In this document: positions 8,773 through 15,887 of the stretch, one piece after another | How positions within the stretch are numbered: the stretch's first letter is position 1 | Layout: every line of letters begins with the position of its first letter | NCBI GenBank assembly: GCA_034440375.1 | Contig: JAWXBZ010000150.1 | Span: 1 to 26,653 of the forward strand | Length of the DNA stretch: 26,653 nucleotides | Source: Candidatus Eiseniibacteriota bacterium | GTDB lineage: Bacteria > Eisenbacteria > RBG-16-71-46 > JABDJR01 > JAWXBZ01 | Reading direction: 5' to 3' | Made by a program: the position numbers and the translations under genes | The notes under the pieces: generated by a model | Databases searched by the model: none | Seen by the model: only the letters and a program-made list of their open reading frames with translations | What the model was told of the DNA's origin: nothing

Positions 8773-10221
8773 TTACGAGTACGAGACCCGCTCCTTCAGT
8801 CGAAAGCCGATCGGTCTCGTGGTCTTCAGGAAAACGCTCTTCTCGGCCTCGGCGGCCTTGATGAAATCAACCTGCCGGACCTGCGAATGGGCGCCGCCCC
8901 GCCGAGCTGCGCCGCGCAAAGCGGTAACGACGGCGTTCTTGATGTTGCCGCCGCACAGAGCAAAGTTGGCGGCCAGTTCGGCAAAATCGACATCGCTGGC
9001 CAGAGGAACGCGCTTCGAGATGAGGCCGGTCCAGATCTGTTCGCGCTCGGCCGGGCCCGGTACGCCGAATTGGATCGTGGCGCCAAGGCGACGGGCCAGC
9101 CCCTCGTCCAGCGAGGTTTCGCGATTTGTGGTCAGGATGCAGAGGCCTTCGAACTGCTCGAGTTCCTGCAGCAACAGGCTGACCTGGCGGTTGTAGGCCC
9201 GATCGTTATAGTGACCGCCCTCCAGGCGTCCGGCCAGGATGGCATCAGCTTCGTCGAGCAGCAGCACGGACCCGGAGTCGCGGGCAGCGCGGAAGACGGC
9301 CACGATGTTCTTTTCAGTCTCACCGATCCACTTGCTCTCGAGCTGCGAGTAGTCGGCGACCAGTAGCTTGCAACCCAGACTGCCGGCCAGCGCCTCGGCC
9401 GACATGGTCTTGCCGGTTCCGGGAAGGCCGGAGAGCAGGACCACGACGCCGCGCCCTTTTTCGAGCAGGCGGCCGAGTTCCCAATCGTCAAACAGGACGC
9501 GCCCGTCGTTCATCTGCCACAGGACGTCCTCGAGTTGCTGACGAACGGCCGTTTCGAGGACCACCCGTTCCAGATGGAAACGTGGGGTGATGAAGCGGTA
9601 CGGCCCCTCGGGCAGGACGTCCGTCATGGCCTGCGCGGATTCGCCGCCATCCGGCCGGGCACGAACGCCCAGGATTTCGCGGAGGGTCTTTTCGGTCACC
9701 TCGTAGCTGGACCGAAGAAAATTGCATCCTTCCTCTTCCGGAAGAGCCCGGACCAGTCCGTGATTCAGCAGTGTCGAGGATGAGCTGAGGTAACGGGAGG
9801 CACGCAGGGCCTCGACGTGGCTGGTGAACAGGAGATTCAGGATGTCGTTGCCCGAGGTAATCCGACCCTGGCCGCGCCCGGCCGATTCGTTGAACAGAAG
9901 AACCAGCAGGATGTCGTATTCCGCGCGGGTGAGCTGGTGGGTTTCAGCGAACTGATCGATGGCGAATCGATTGCCGGGAGCCTCGCTCTCGCGAAGGCGG
10001 CGGGCAATGGCCTCTTCACGGCGCAAAATCGTGCGATCGAGGTCGTCGATGGAGCCAAGGAGGTGGCTCTTGCCGTGACGCTCATTCCAGCGGGCGCTTC
10101 GCTCGAAGTCACCGGCTTCGGTTCGGAGGGCGTAGGCGTCGCACTTGAGGCGGATGAGTTCGAAGCGATCGGCCAGGTATTCGAACTGATCGCTGTACGT
10201 TGTTGCTGACTCGCGCCGCAT
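8773..10221 (-). CDS. AAA+ ATPase with N-terminal winged-helix-like region (Afp15/Pvc15-like type)
   Basis: Walker A GLPGTGKT, pore loop SKWIGETEKNI, Walker B LLLDEAD, sensor TTN, Arg finger LARRL, GGNIKN; C-terminal RPIGF. Confidence 0.9.
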   Translation of the reverse strand: MRRESATTYSDQFEYLADRFELIRLKCDAYALRTEAGDFERSARWNERHGKSHLLGSIDDLDRTILRREEAIARRLRESEAPGNRFAIDQFAETHQLTRAEYDILLVLLFNESAGRGQGRITSGNDILNLLFTSHVEALRASRYLSSSSTLLNHGLVRALPEEEGCNFLRSSYEVTEKTLREILGVRARPDGGESAQAMTDVLPEGPYRFITPRFHLERVVLETAVRQQLEDVLWQMNDGRVLFDDWELGRLLEKGRGVVVLLSGLPGTGKTMSAEALAGSLGCKLLVADYSQLESKWIGETEKNIVAVFRAARDSGSVLLLDEADAILAGRLEGGHYNDRAYNRQVSLLLQELEQFEGLCILTTNRETSLDEGLARRLGATIQFGVPGPAEREQIWTGLISKRVPLASDVDFAELAANFALCGGNIKNAVVTALRGAARRGGAHSQVRQVDFIKAAEAEKSVFLKTTRPIGFRLKERVSYS

Positions 10222-10386
10222 GGTCTTAAGCCCCCTCGCGGATCCCTGCGACAGTTGTCGCGGGATGAAACACCCGCCGATGGACTCTGAAGACCAGTGT
10301 TCTTGGGGCGATCAGAGGCGATACCACAGGTCTTCAGGCCATCGGCCGACGGTGTTTTGGAGGTCCCCCCTCCGACCTCTTTGACA

Positions 10387-10403
10387 AGCATTGGTTGTGC
10401 CAA
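10387..10403 (-). promoter_or_regulatory. sigma54 (-24/-12) promoter for the AAA+ ATPase
   Basis: Minus strand TTGGCACAACCAATGCT = GG-N10-GC, downstream of an AT-rich intergenic region. Confidence 0.75.
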
Positions 10404-10572
10404 CTACCAATACTTCCTGAAGGAGGCATCGCATGTCGATCTAACCTATTGCCGTGTTTGACTTTAATGAACCATGTGGATATCTGCTCAATCGGGGCTG
10501 CTGGCTGGAATACCCTCATCAACTATTAATTGATTTTCCAGTCCTGGGGAGCGATCACCATAAGTTAGATAA

Positions 10573-10585
10573 TATCAATCGGTTG
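10573..10585 (+). promoter_or_regulatory. IHF-consensus site in the AT-rich intergenic region
   Basis: TATCAATCGGTTG matches WATCAANNNNTTR; it lies about 170 bp from the -24 box, which is farther than usual. Confidence 0.45.
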
Positions 10586-10626
10586 GCATTGTAAAGATAA
10601 TTTATATGCAAATGGGATAACTCTTG

Positions 10627-13600
10627 TCAGTGCGTGGAGCGACGCTCGAGACCATGCTCCTTGATCTTCTTCAGAAGGCACGGGTAGCTGATCTTCAATT
10701 CCCGCGAAGCCTGGGACTTGTTCCACTGAGAGCGATCGAGAGCGTCATTGATGACGCGCCGCTCGGTGCGGGCCACTTCATCACGCAGGCTGGCAGCCCC
10801 ATTGGCCGGAGCCGCCACGGACACCGCGGGCCGGTCGAATGGGAGTGCGCTCAATCCGATCGGCTCGTTCTCGTCTGACAGTACCACCAGCCGCCGAATC
10901 GTCTTTTCCAGCTCGCGGACATTTCCGCGCCAATCGTACTCGTTCAGCGCCCGATGCACTTCCGGCAGAAGTACCAGGTCCCCCTTGCCGTACTGGGTTG
11001 AGAAGCGGGCCAGGAAGTGCTCGACCAGCAGTGCGATGTCGTCCGGCCGCTCGCGGAGCGGTGGCACCCGGATGATGAAGTCATTCATCCTGTAGTAGAG
11101 ATCCTCGAGGAAGCGGCCGCTGCGGATCCTCTCCTTCAGTTCGACGTTGGTGGCACAAATCACGCGCGTATCAACCGTGGTCCAGCGTGTCGAGCCGACC
11201 GGCCGGATTTCCTTCTTGTCAAGGACATGAAGCAGCTTGGCTTGAAGCGTCTCCGTCGTCTTGTCGACCTCATCCAGGAAGAGCGTTCCCCCCTCGGCTT
11301 CCTTGAACAAGCCGGTCTTTTCGCGGACAGCGCCTGTGAAGGCACCCTGCGTGTGACCGAAAAGCTCACTCTCGAGAAGTTGCTCGGGAAGGGCGGCGCA
11401 GTTGATCTGGATGAATGGCTTGCCGCGTCGGCGGCTCTGGTCGTGAATCGACTGGGCAATGAGCCCCTTGCCGGTGCCGGTTTCGCCCTCGATCAGGATG
11501 CTCGCGCCCGAGTCACCCACCTTCTCCGCCATGCGAAGAATTTCGATCATCCGCGCGTTCTGCGTCACGATTTCGGTGTAGGGCTGGTGCCAGAGCTGGT
11601 TCTTCAGGCTCTGGTTCTCCTTGAGCAACTCTTTCCGCTGATGCTCCAGCACGGAGAGCGAGGCCAGGTTGGTCAGGAGCGTCAGGAGATTGAGGTCGCC
11701 CTGATTGAAGGCACCGATCTCATTGTCGTGAAGTCTGTCGGCGTAGAAGAGGCCGGGGGTACCGCTTGGCAGCGCCAGCGGCAGGAGCGCCAGGCTCCGG
11801 ATCCCGGGCATGCCTGCCCGCTCCTCGAGCGAGAACCTGGGATCACCGGAGAGCTGACTGACAATGACGGGGCGCGGGTCAGCGCTCAGGTCCTTGATCG
11901 GCCGGGCCAGCTTGGCGATCAGCGATTCAGCTTCGACCAGGGTCAAACCCTGGAGGGCCACGACTTTCATGGCGCTGCCGCCATCGCCGAGCGCCACGAA
12001 GCCGCGATCGCTCTGACTGCGGGAGATGCCGAGGCGCAGCACTTCGCCCAGCGCCGTATTGACATCGCTTGATCCGCGGAAGAGGCGGGTCAGTTCCTGG
12101 AAGGACTCGAGGCCACCACCGGCGCGCACCCAGTGATCGGCGTATTCGTTTTCGACTTCACGCCGCAGGCGGACCACGCGGCTCCACAATTCCGGCTCCT
12201 CGTCCTCGGTGGTCAGCGTCATGGCCCGATCGAGATACACCGAGCCCTCATCCAGCCGGCCACGGCGCACGAACCACTCCGCCGCAGCCCAGGCGGCGCG
12301 GGCAGCGTAGCCGCGCGACTCGAGCGAGAGGAAAATCCCGAAGGCGCGCTTGATCCACTCGGCCGGCTCGGTTTCACTGCCGTCCCCGACTTCGCCGGCC
12401 ATGAGAAAAGTCCGGGCCAGTTCGAATGATTCGCCAACGCGGGTGAGTGAATCGATGGCCTCACCGATGAACTGGCGCGCCTCCACTTCCCGGCCAAGCC
12501 GCGCGTAGGCCAGCCCCACGAGTCGACAGGCAATGGCACGCTCGTACTGATCGTTGATCTTCGAGGACGACGAGAGTGCCTTCTGCCCCAGTGCCAGGGC
12601 TTCTTCGTACATTTCCTGGCCGAGGCGGGCTTCGCCAAGGCGCCGGCATATTTCGTTGACCAGATCACCCAGCGGCGCAATTTGTTCGGCCCTGGCCAGC
12701 GCGCGGACAAGCAGGGCGGCGGCGGCTTCATATTCCTCGCGATCCAGGTGCAGCTCGCCGGTGAACTCCAGCGCCAGGATCGTTTCCCGCGAGTAGGCGT
12801 TGGCCTCGGCCCGCTCCAGCGCCCCACGATACAGCTCGGCCGCCACGCTCCAACGCCGACGGCGGCGCTCGATGTTGCCCAGCGCCAGGTCGATCGGCAC
12901 CAGTTGGGCCACGAATGAATTTTCCGTGGCGATCTGGCGTGCCCGCTTGAGCGATTCCTCGGCCAGGTTCCAATCGCCGAGCTTGAAGTGAACGATGCCG
13001 AGATTGAGGCGAACGGCCACGCCGAATCGGATCAGCGCCTGCTTCTCAGCCAGTTCGAGAGCGCCGGCAAAGCAGCGGATGGACTCACGCCACTCGCAGG
13101 CGTTCTTGTGCAGAATGCCGAGGTTGTTGAGCGCCTTTGCGGTGCCGACCTTGTCGTCGATTCGACGGAAGGTGGAGAGAGCGCTGGTATAAAACTGGCC
13201 CGACTGCACCGGGTCGCCAAGGCGGATCCAGAGCGAACCAAGTGTCAATTCAAGCTGTGCGATGGCCGAATTATCGCCGGTTCCGCGCAGGAGCTTGTAG
13301 GCCAGATCAGCGTAGCGAAGGGAGCGGGTGTAGCGTCCGAGTTCGTACAGAAGCGTGGCACGCAGGGCATAAAGCTTGCCAAGCTGCACACCGTCGCGGC
13401 TGCTTCGGAGATCGACCTTGGCCTCATCGAGGCACTCAATCGCTTGCTGCATATCGCCGCGGGCCTGGTGGCACCGGGCCACCTTGAGGAGGAGGACCCC
13501 GCGTGCTTCGTGGTCGCCGCGCCCGTCGAGCCGGCCCAGGGCCTGGGCATAGCTCTCCAGCGCCGAGGAGTAACTCTCGGTTCGGAAGAAGAAATCGCCC

Positions 13601-13704
13601 CGGTCTACAAGCCGGGCACTCTCGTCCCCATCAGCCATGACGGCTGGGGACGGTCGCGGCTTTGACCTCATGCGACCTCGTTCCTGCTGCTGGAAATCTT
13701 CCAT
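10627..13704 (-). CDS. sigma54-dependent enhancer-binding protein with long N-terminal TPR array, GAF domain, AAA+ domain and Fis-type HTH
   Basis: About 500 aa of TPR-like repeats (ALNNLGILHK, LNLGIVHFKLG, LALGNIERR); GAF-like RSLALLPL..GLFYAD..FNQGDLNLL; GETGTGKG, ESELFGH, GAFTGA, FLDEVD, RFLEDLYYR, WRGNVRELE; HTH WNKSQASRELKIS. Start set at ATG 13704 rather than the ORF-track 13749; no receiver domain. Confidence 0.92.
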   Translation of the reverse strand: MEDFQQQERGRMRSKPRPSPAVMADGDESARLVDRGDFFFRTESYSSALESYAQALGRLDGRGDHEARGVLLLKVARCHQARGDMQQAIECLDEAKVDLRSSRDGVQLGKLYALRATLLYELGRYTRSLRYADLAYKLLRGTGDNSAIAQLELTLGSLWIRLGDPVQSGQFYTSALSTFRRIDDKVGTAKALNNLGILHKNACEWRESIRCFAGALELAEKQALIRFGVAVRLNLGIVHFKLGDWNLAEESLKRARQIATENSFVAQLVPIDLALGNIERRRRRWSVAAELYRGALERAEANAYSRETILALEFTGELHLDREEYEAAAALLVRALARAEQIAPLGDLVNEICRRLGEARLGQEMYEEALALGQKALSSSSKINDQYERAIACRLVGLAYARLGREVEARQFIGEAIDSLTRVGESFELARTFLMAGEVGDGSETEPAEWIKRAFGIFLSLESRGYAARAAWAAAEWFVRRGRLDEGSVYLDRAMTLTTEDEEPELWSRVVRLRREVENEYADHWVRAGGGLESFQELTRLFRGSSDVNTALGEVLRLGISRSQSDRGFVALGDGGSAMKVVALQGLTLVEAESLIAKLARPIKDLSADPRPVIVSQLSGDPRFSLEERAGMPGIRSLALLPLALPSGTPGLFYADRLHDNEIGAFNQGDLNLLTLLTNLASLSVLEHQRKELLKENQSLKNQLWHQPYTEIVTQNARMIEILRMAEKVGDSGASILIEGETGTGKGLIAQSIHDQSRRRGKPFIQINCAALPEQLLESELFGHTQGAFTGAVREKTGLFKEAEGGTLFLDEVDKTTETLQAKLLHVLDKKEIRPVGSTRWTTVDTRVICATNVELKERIRSGRFLEDLYYRMNDFIIRVPPLRERPDDIALLVEHFLARFSTQYGKGDLVLLPEVHRALNEYDWRGNVRELEKTIRRLVVLSDENEPIGLSALPFDRPAVSVAAPANGAASLRDEVARTERRVINDALDRSQWNKSQASRELKISYPCLLKKIKEHGLERRSTH

Positions 13705-13788
13705 GGCCTGACGCCCCCGACGACCATAGAGCACGTGTCGCCAACACAAACGGTCGGCGAATTCTGGCTTACAACATCTGGCTAAAGG

Positions 13789-14130
13789 TCAGCGGACAGA
13801 AAACCCCCGGATCGATCCGAACAATCCGCCAAAAACGCGAAACAGCGTACCCAGCAGGCTGCGACCGAGAGACGGCGGACCGTTCCCGGGCAGTGGCTGG
13901 CTATCGCCGGTCTGCGTCGTCTGGTCGGGATCGCCCCTCAGGTCCGTCCTACCCGTTGTCATGCGGGAAGACGATCCGAGAGCGCCCCGGGACGAATCAG
14001 CGACCTGCTCGACCACGGGCCCCGGCTTCTTGCTGGCTGCCAGAACCTCGCGATCCGGAAGGAGTGCTGTCAGCGCCCACAGCGAGATACTGAACACCAG
14101 GGTGAATTTGAGGACTCGCTTTGGATGCAT
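13789..14130 (-). CDS. Small secreted 113-aa protein (signal peptide, low-complexity linker with GDPD motif, cationic amphipathic C-terminal helix); candidate signalling pro-peptide
   Basis: ATG 14130 with a strong GAAGGAG RBS; MHPKRVLKFTLVFSISLWALTALL (n- and h-regions); TDLRGDPDQTTQTGD; tail SLGRSLLGTLFRVFGGLFGSIRGFSVR. It has its own promoter upstream. Confidence 0.75.
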   Translation of the reverse strand: MHPKRVLKFTLVFSISLWALTALLPDREVLAASKKPGPVVEQVADSSRGALGSSSRMTTGRTDLRGDPDQTTQTGDSQPLPGNGPPSLGRSLLGTLFRVFGGLFGSIRGFSVR

Positions 14131-14315
14131 GAAGACTGCTCCTTCACTCCGATTGGCACCGGGATGCTTTCGACGGGAGCCCGATGCCAGGACCTGGGTG
14201 AAACTGCCAACTGGGTGGTTGAGAAGTGGGGACCTCGAAAACCCGTGGCAGGAAGGCGGGAACACGGCGCGACGGTCACGCTGATCCGACGCGGCATGTG
14301 ACGCTCCCCGAAGGA

Positions 14316-14345
14316 AGTATAGGAACGTGACTCCGGTACTGTCAA
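14316..14345 (-). promoter_or_regulatory. sigma70 promoter for the peptide + TPR-bEBP unit
   Basis: Minus strand TTGACA-N18-TATACT, near consensus. Confidence 0.75.
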
Positions 14346-14366
14346 AGCATTTGAGTCCGGTGGAGC

Positions 14367-14384
14367 TTGTGATTTTTTTCACAA
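14367..14384. promoter_or_regulatory. CRP/Rex-type operator palindrome
   Basis: TTGTGA-TTTTTT-TCACAA contains the exact TGTGA-N6-TCACA core; it is 21 bp upstream of the -35 box and overlaps the ppx stop codon. Confidence 0.65.
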
Positions 14385-15332
14385 AGTTTCGCCCCAGGCC
14401 AGAAGTGCCCGACCGTGACGCAGTCCAAAGACCGAAGTTTCGAACTCTGTTCGATTCATCACCTGCAGTGCGGACCCAAGGAGCGCCGCACCGCCAGGCA
14501 GGAGACGGGCGCGGCCCCTTCCGAGCCCCCCTCGATCCATCCGCTGCTGGACGGTCAAACCGGCCAGTTCACCGACGGCAGCCAGCAGGTTCTTTCGAGA
14601 TACCCGGAGCCCATGGACCCGACCGGCTTCAAATGGTTGGATGTCATGGACCCAGGCGGCGGCGGCACAGGCTGACCCCCCGACGGCCATCAGCCGCTCG
14701 TTGCCAACGAGTCCGGACTTGTCGGGCGCAAGCGGTGCCAGTTCCGCTGCCAGTATTGTGCTGGCCGAATGGACGGCCATGCTCCCGGGCGGGTCGGCGT
14801 CAAACCAGCGGTCCGTGACCAGTAGAGCGCCGATCGGCAGGCTGCACGAGGCCTGTCGACTGAGGCCCTCACCGCGGATCAACTCGGTACTGCCTCCCCC
14901 CACATCCAGAACAGCGATCGCACCGCCAGCCGGCGGGAGCGACCAGGCCACGGCACCGAGATAGGAGGCATCGGCCTCCTCTTCGCCCGACAGAACACGA
15001 ATTGGATGGCCGATTCGGCTGGACAACGCATCCGCTGCCTCGGCGCCATTGGTCGCGCGACGGAATACTTCCGTTCCGACGATATCCAATACCCGGACGC
15101 CTGTGTCACGGGCCCGCTGCATGGCCTCGATCAGGCAGGCCTCGGTGCGCAGAAGATCGTTGGGTTCGATCCGACCGGTTCGGATGAGACTGCCGCCGAG
15201 GCAGGTGACGTCACCGAATTCGTCCAGAACGACCCGTCCGCCGGGAGTGTCCTCGGCCACAAGGAGTCGCACGGTATTCGTCCCGATATCAATCACGGCC
15301 ACCTGGCCTCTGTGACCCGGGGTCAAGCTCAA
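14379..15332 (-). CDS. ppx: Ppx/GppA-family exopolyphosphatase (short form, no C-terminal HD domain)
   Basis: IDIGTNTVRL, GTEVFRRATNG, VLSGEEEA, LDVGGGSTE, SLPIG and GLRHG motifs; TTG start overlaps the ArsR stop. Confidence 0.88.
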   Translation of the reverse strand: MSLTPGHRGQVAVIDIGTNTVRLLVAEDTPGGRVVLDEFGDVTCLGGSLIRTGRIEPNDLLRTEACLIEAMQRARDTGVRVLDIVGTEVFRRATNGAEAADALSSRIGHPIRVLSGEEEADASYLGAVAWSLPPAGGAIAVLDVGGGSTELIRGEGLSRQASCSLPIGALLVTDRWFDADPPGSMAVHSASTILAAELAPLAPDKSGLVGNERLMAVGGSACAAAAWVHDIQPFEAGRVHGLRVSRKNLLAAVGELAGLTVQQRMDRGGLGRGRARLLPGGAALLGSALQVMNRTEFETSVFGLRHGRALLAWGETL

Positions 15333-15763
15333 AGGAGAAAGTCCTCAAGTACGCCCCGCGGGGGATCCTCGGTGACCCCGATCGGTTCATTGGACAGAAT
15401 CGGCGGCGGGGTTGTCCCAGCCGGCCTGTTCGTCCGCTGGACACTTACCCTGGATGCCGGCGCCTCCCCCCCGCGGCCCGAATTGGAAGCGAGGATGCCG
15501 AGGGCAGCCAGAAGCACGCCCCCGGCGGCCCGCTCCCGGGTGACGACATAGCGCACGAATCGTCCGTCCCGCCGGGCCGTTATGAGGCCGGCGTCCACCA
15601 GTATTTTCAAGTGTCGGGCGATGCGAGGCTGGCTCATGCCGAGGGCCGTGTGGAGATCACTGGCGCAGCATTCGCCAGGCGCAATCCGCTGAAGGAGCTC
15701 GAGGCGTGTCGGGTCGGCCAGCGCTTGAAATAGTGACGCGGCTTGCTGATACAGTTCCATCAT
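15329..15763 (-). CDS. ArsR/SmtB-family transcriptional regulator
   Basis: FQALADPTRLELL...ECCASDL..ALGMSQPRIARHLKILVDAGLI..RRDGRFVRY winged HTH, plus a Pro-rich tail. Confidence 0.9.
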   Translation of the reverse strand: MMELYQQAASLFQALADPTRLELLQRIAPGECCASDLHTALGMSQPRIARHLKILVDAGLITARRDGRFVRYVVTRERAAGGVLLAALGILASNSGRGGEAPASRVSVQRTNRPAGTTPPPILSNEPIGVTEDPPRGVLEDFLL

Positions 15764-15769
15764 TAAATA

Positions 15770-15797
15770 ATGATATCTATATTTTGTTCTTTGTCAA
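15770..15797 (-). promoter_or_regulatory. sigma70 promoter of arsR-ppx, probably leaderless
   Basis: TTGACA-N16-TATCAT followed by 6 nt and then the ATG; no Shine-Dalgarno sequence. Confidence 0.65.
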
Positions 15798-15887
15798 GTG
15801 GAGGCCCGCGTTGACTGGTGACGGCAAGTTGGATCAAAGCCATCCACCTCGAACTCGGGGTGGGCAGCCGTGTTACCATGCCTACCC

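Noticed and set aside
8773-10221. Contractile injection system or prophage locus
   Set aside because: Only the ATPase resembles such loci; no structural genes are in the window.
9837-10522. Minus-strand ORFs 9837-10403 and 10334-10522
   Set aside because: They overlap the ATPase or run through its promoter and structured leader; no RBS or domain signal.
13730-13744. sigma54-like TTGGCGACACGTGCT upstream of the TPR-bEBP
   Set aside because: The GG-to-GC spacing is 8 nt rather than the required 10.
13763-13783. TCTGGCT direct repeat between the peptide and bEBP genes
   Set aside because: Only two 7-bp copies; too weak to call an operator.
14131-14382. N-terminal extension giving a 197-aa ORF
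   Set aside because: It crosses a consensus promoter and leader; the RBS and signal peptide point to ATG 14130.
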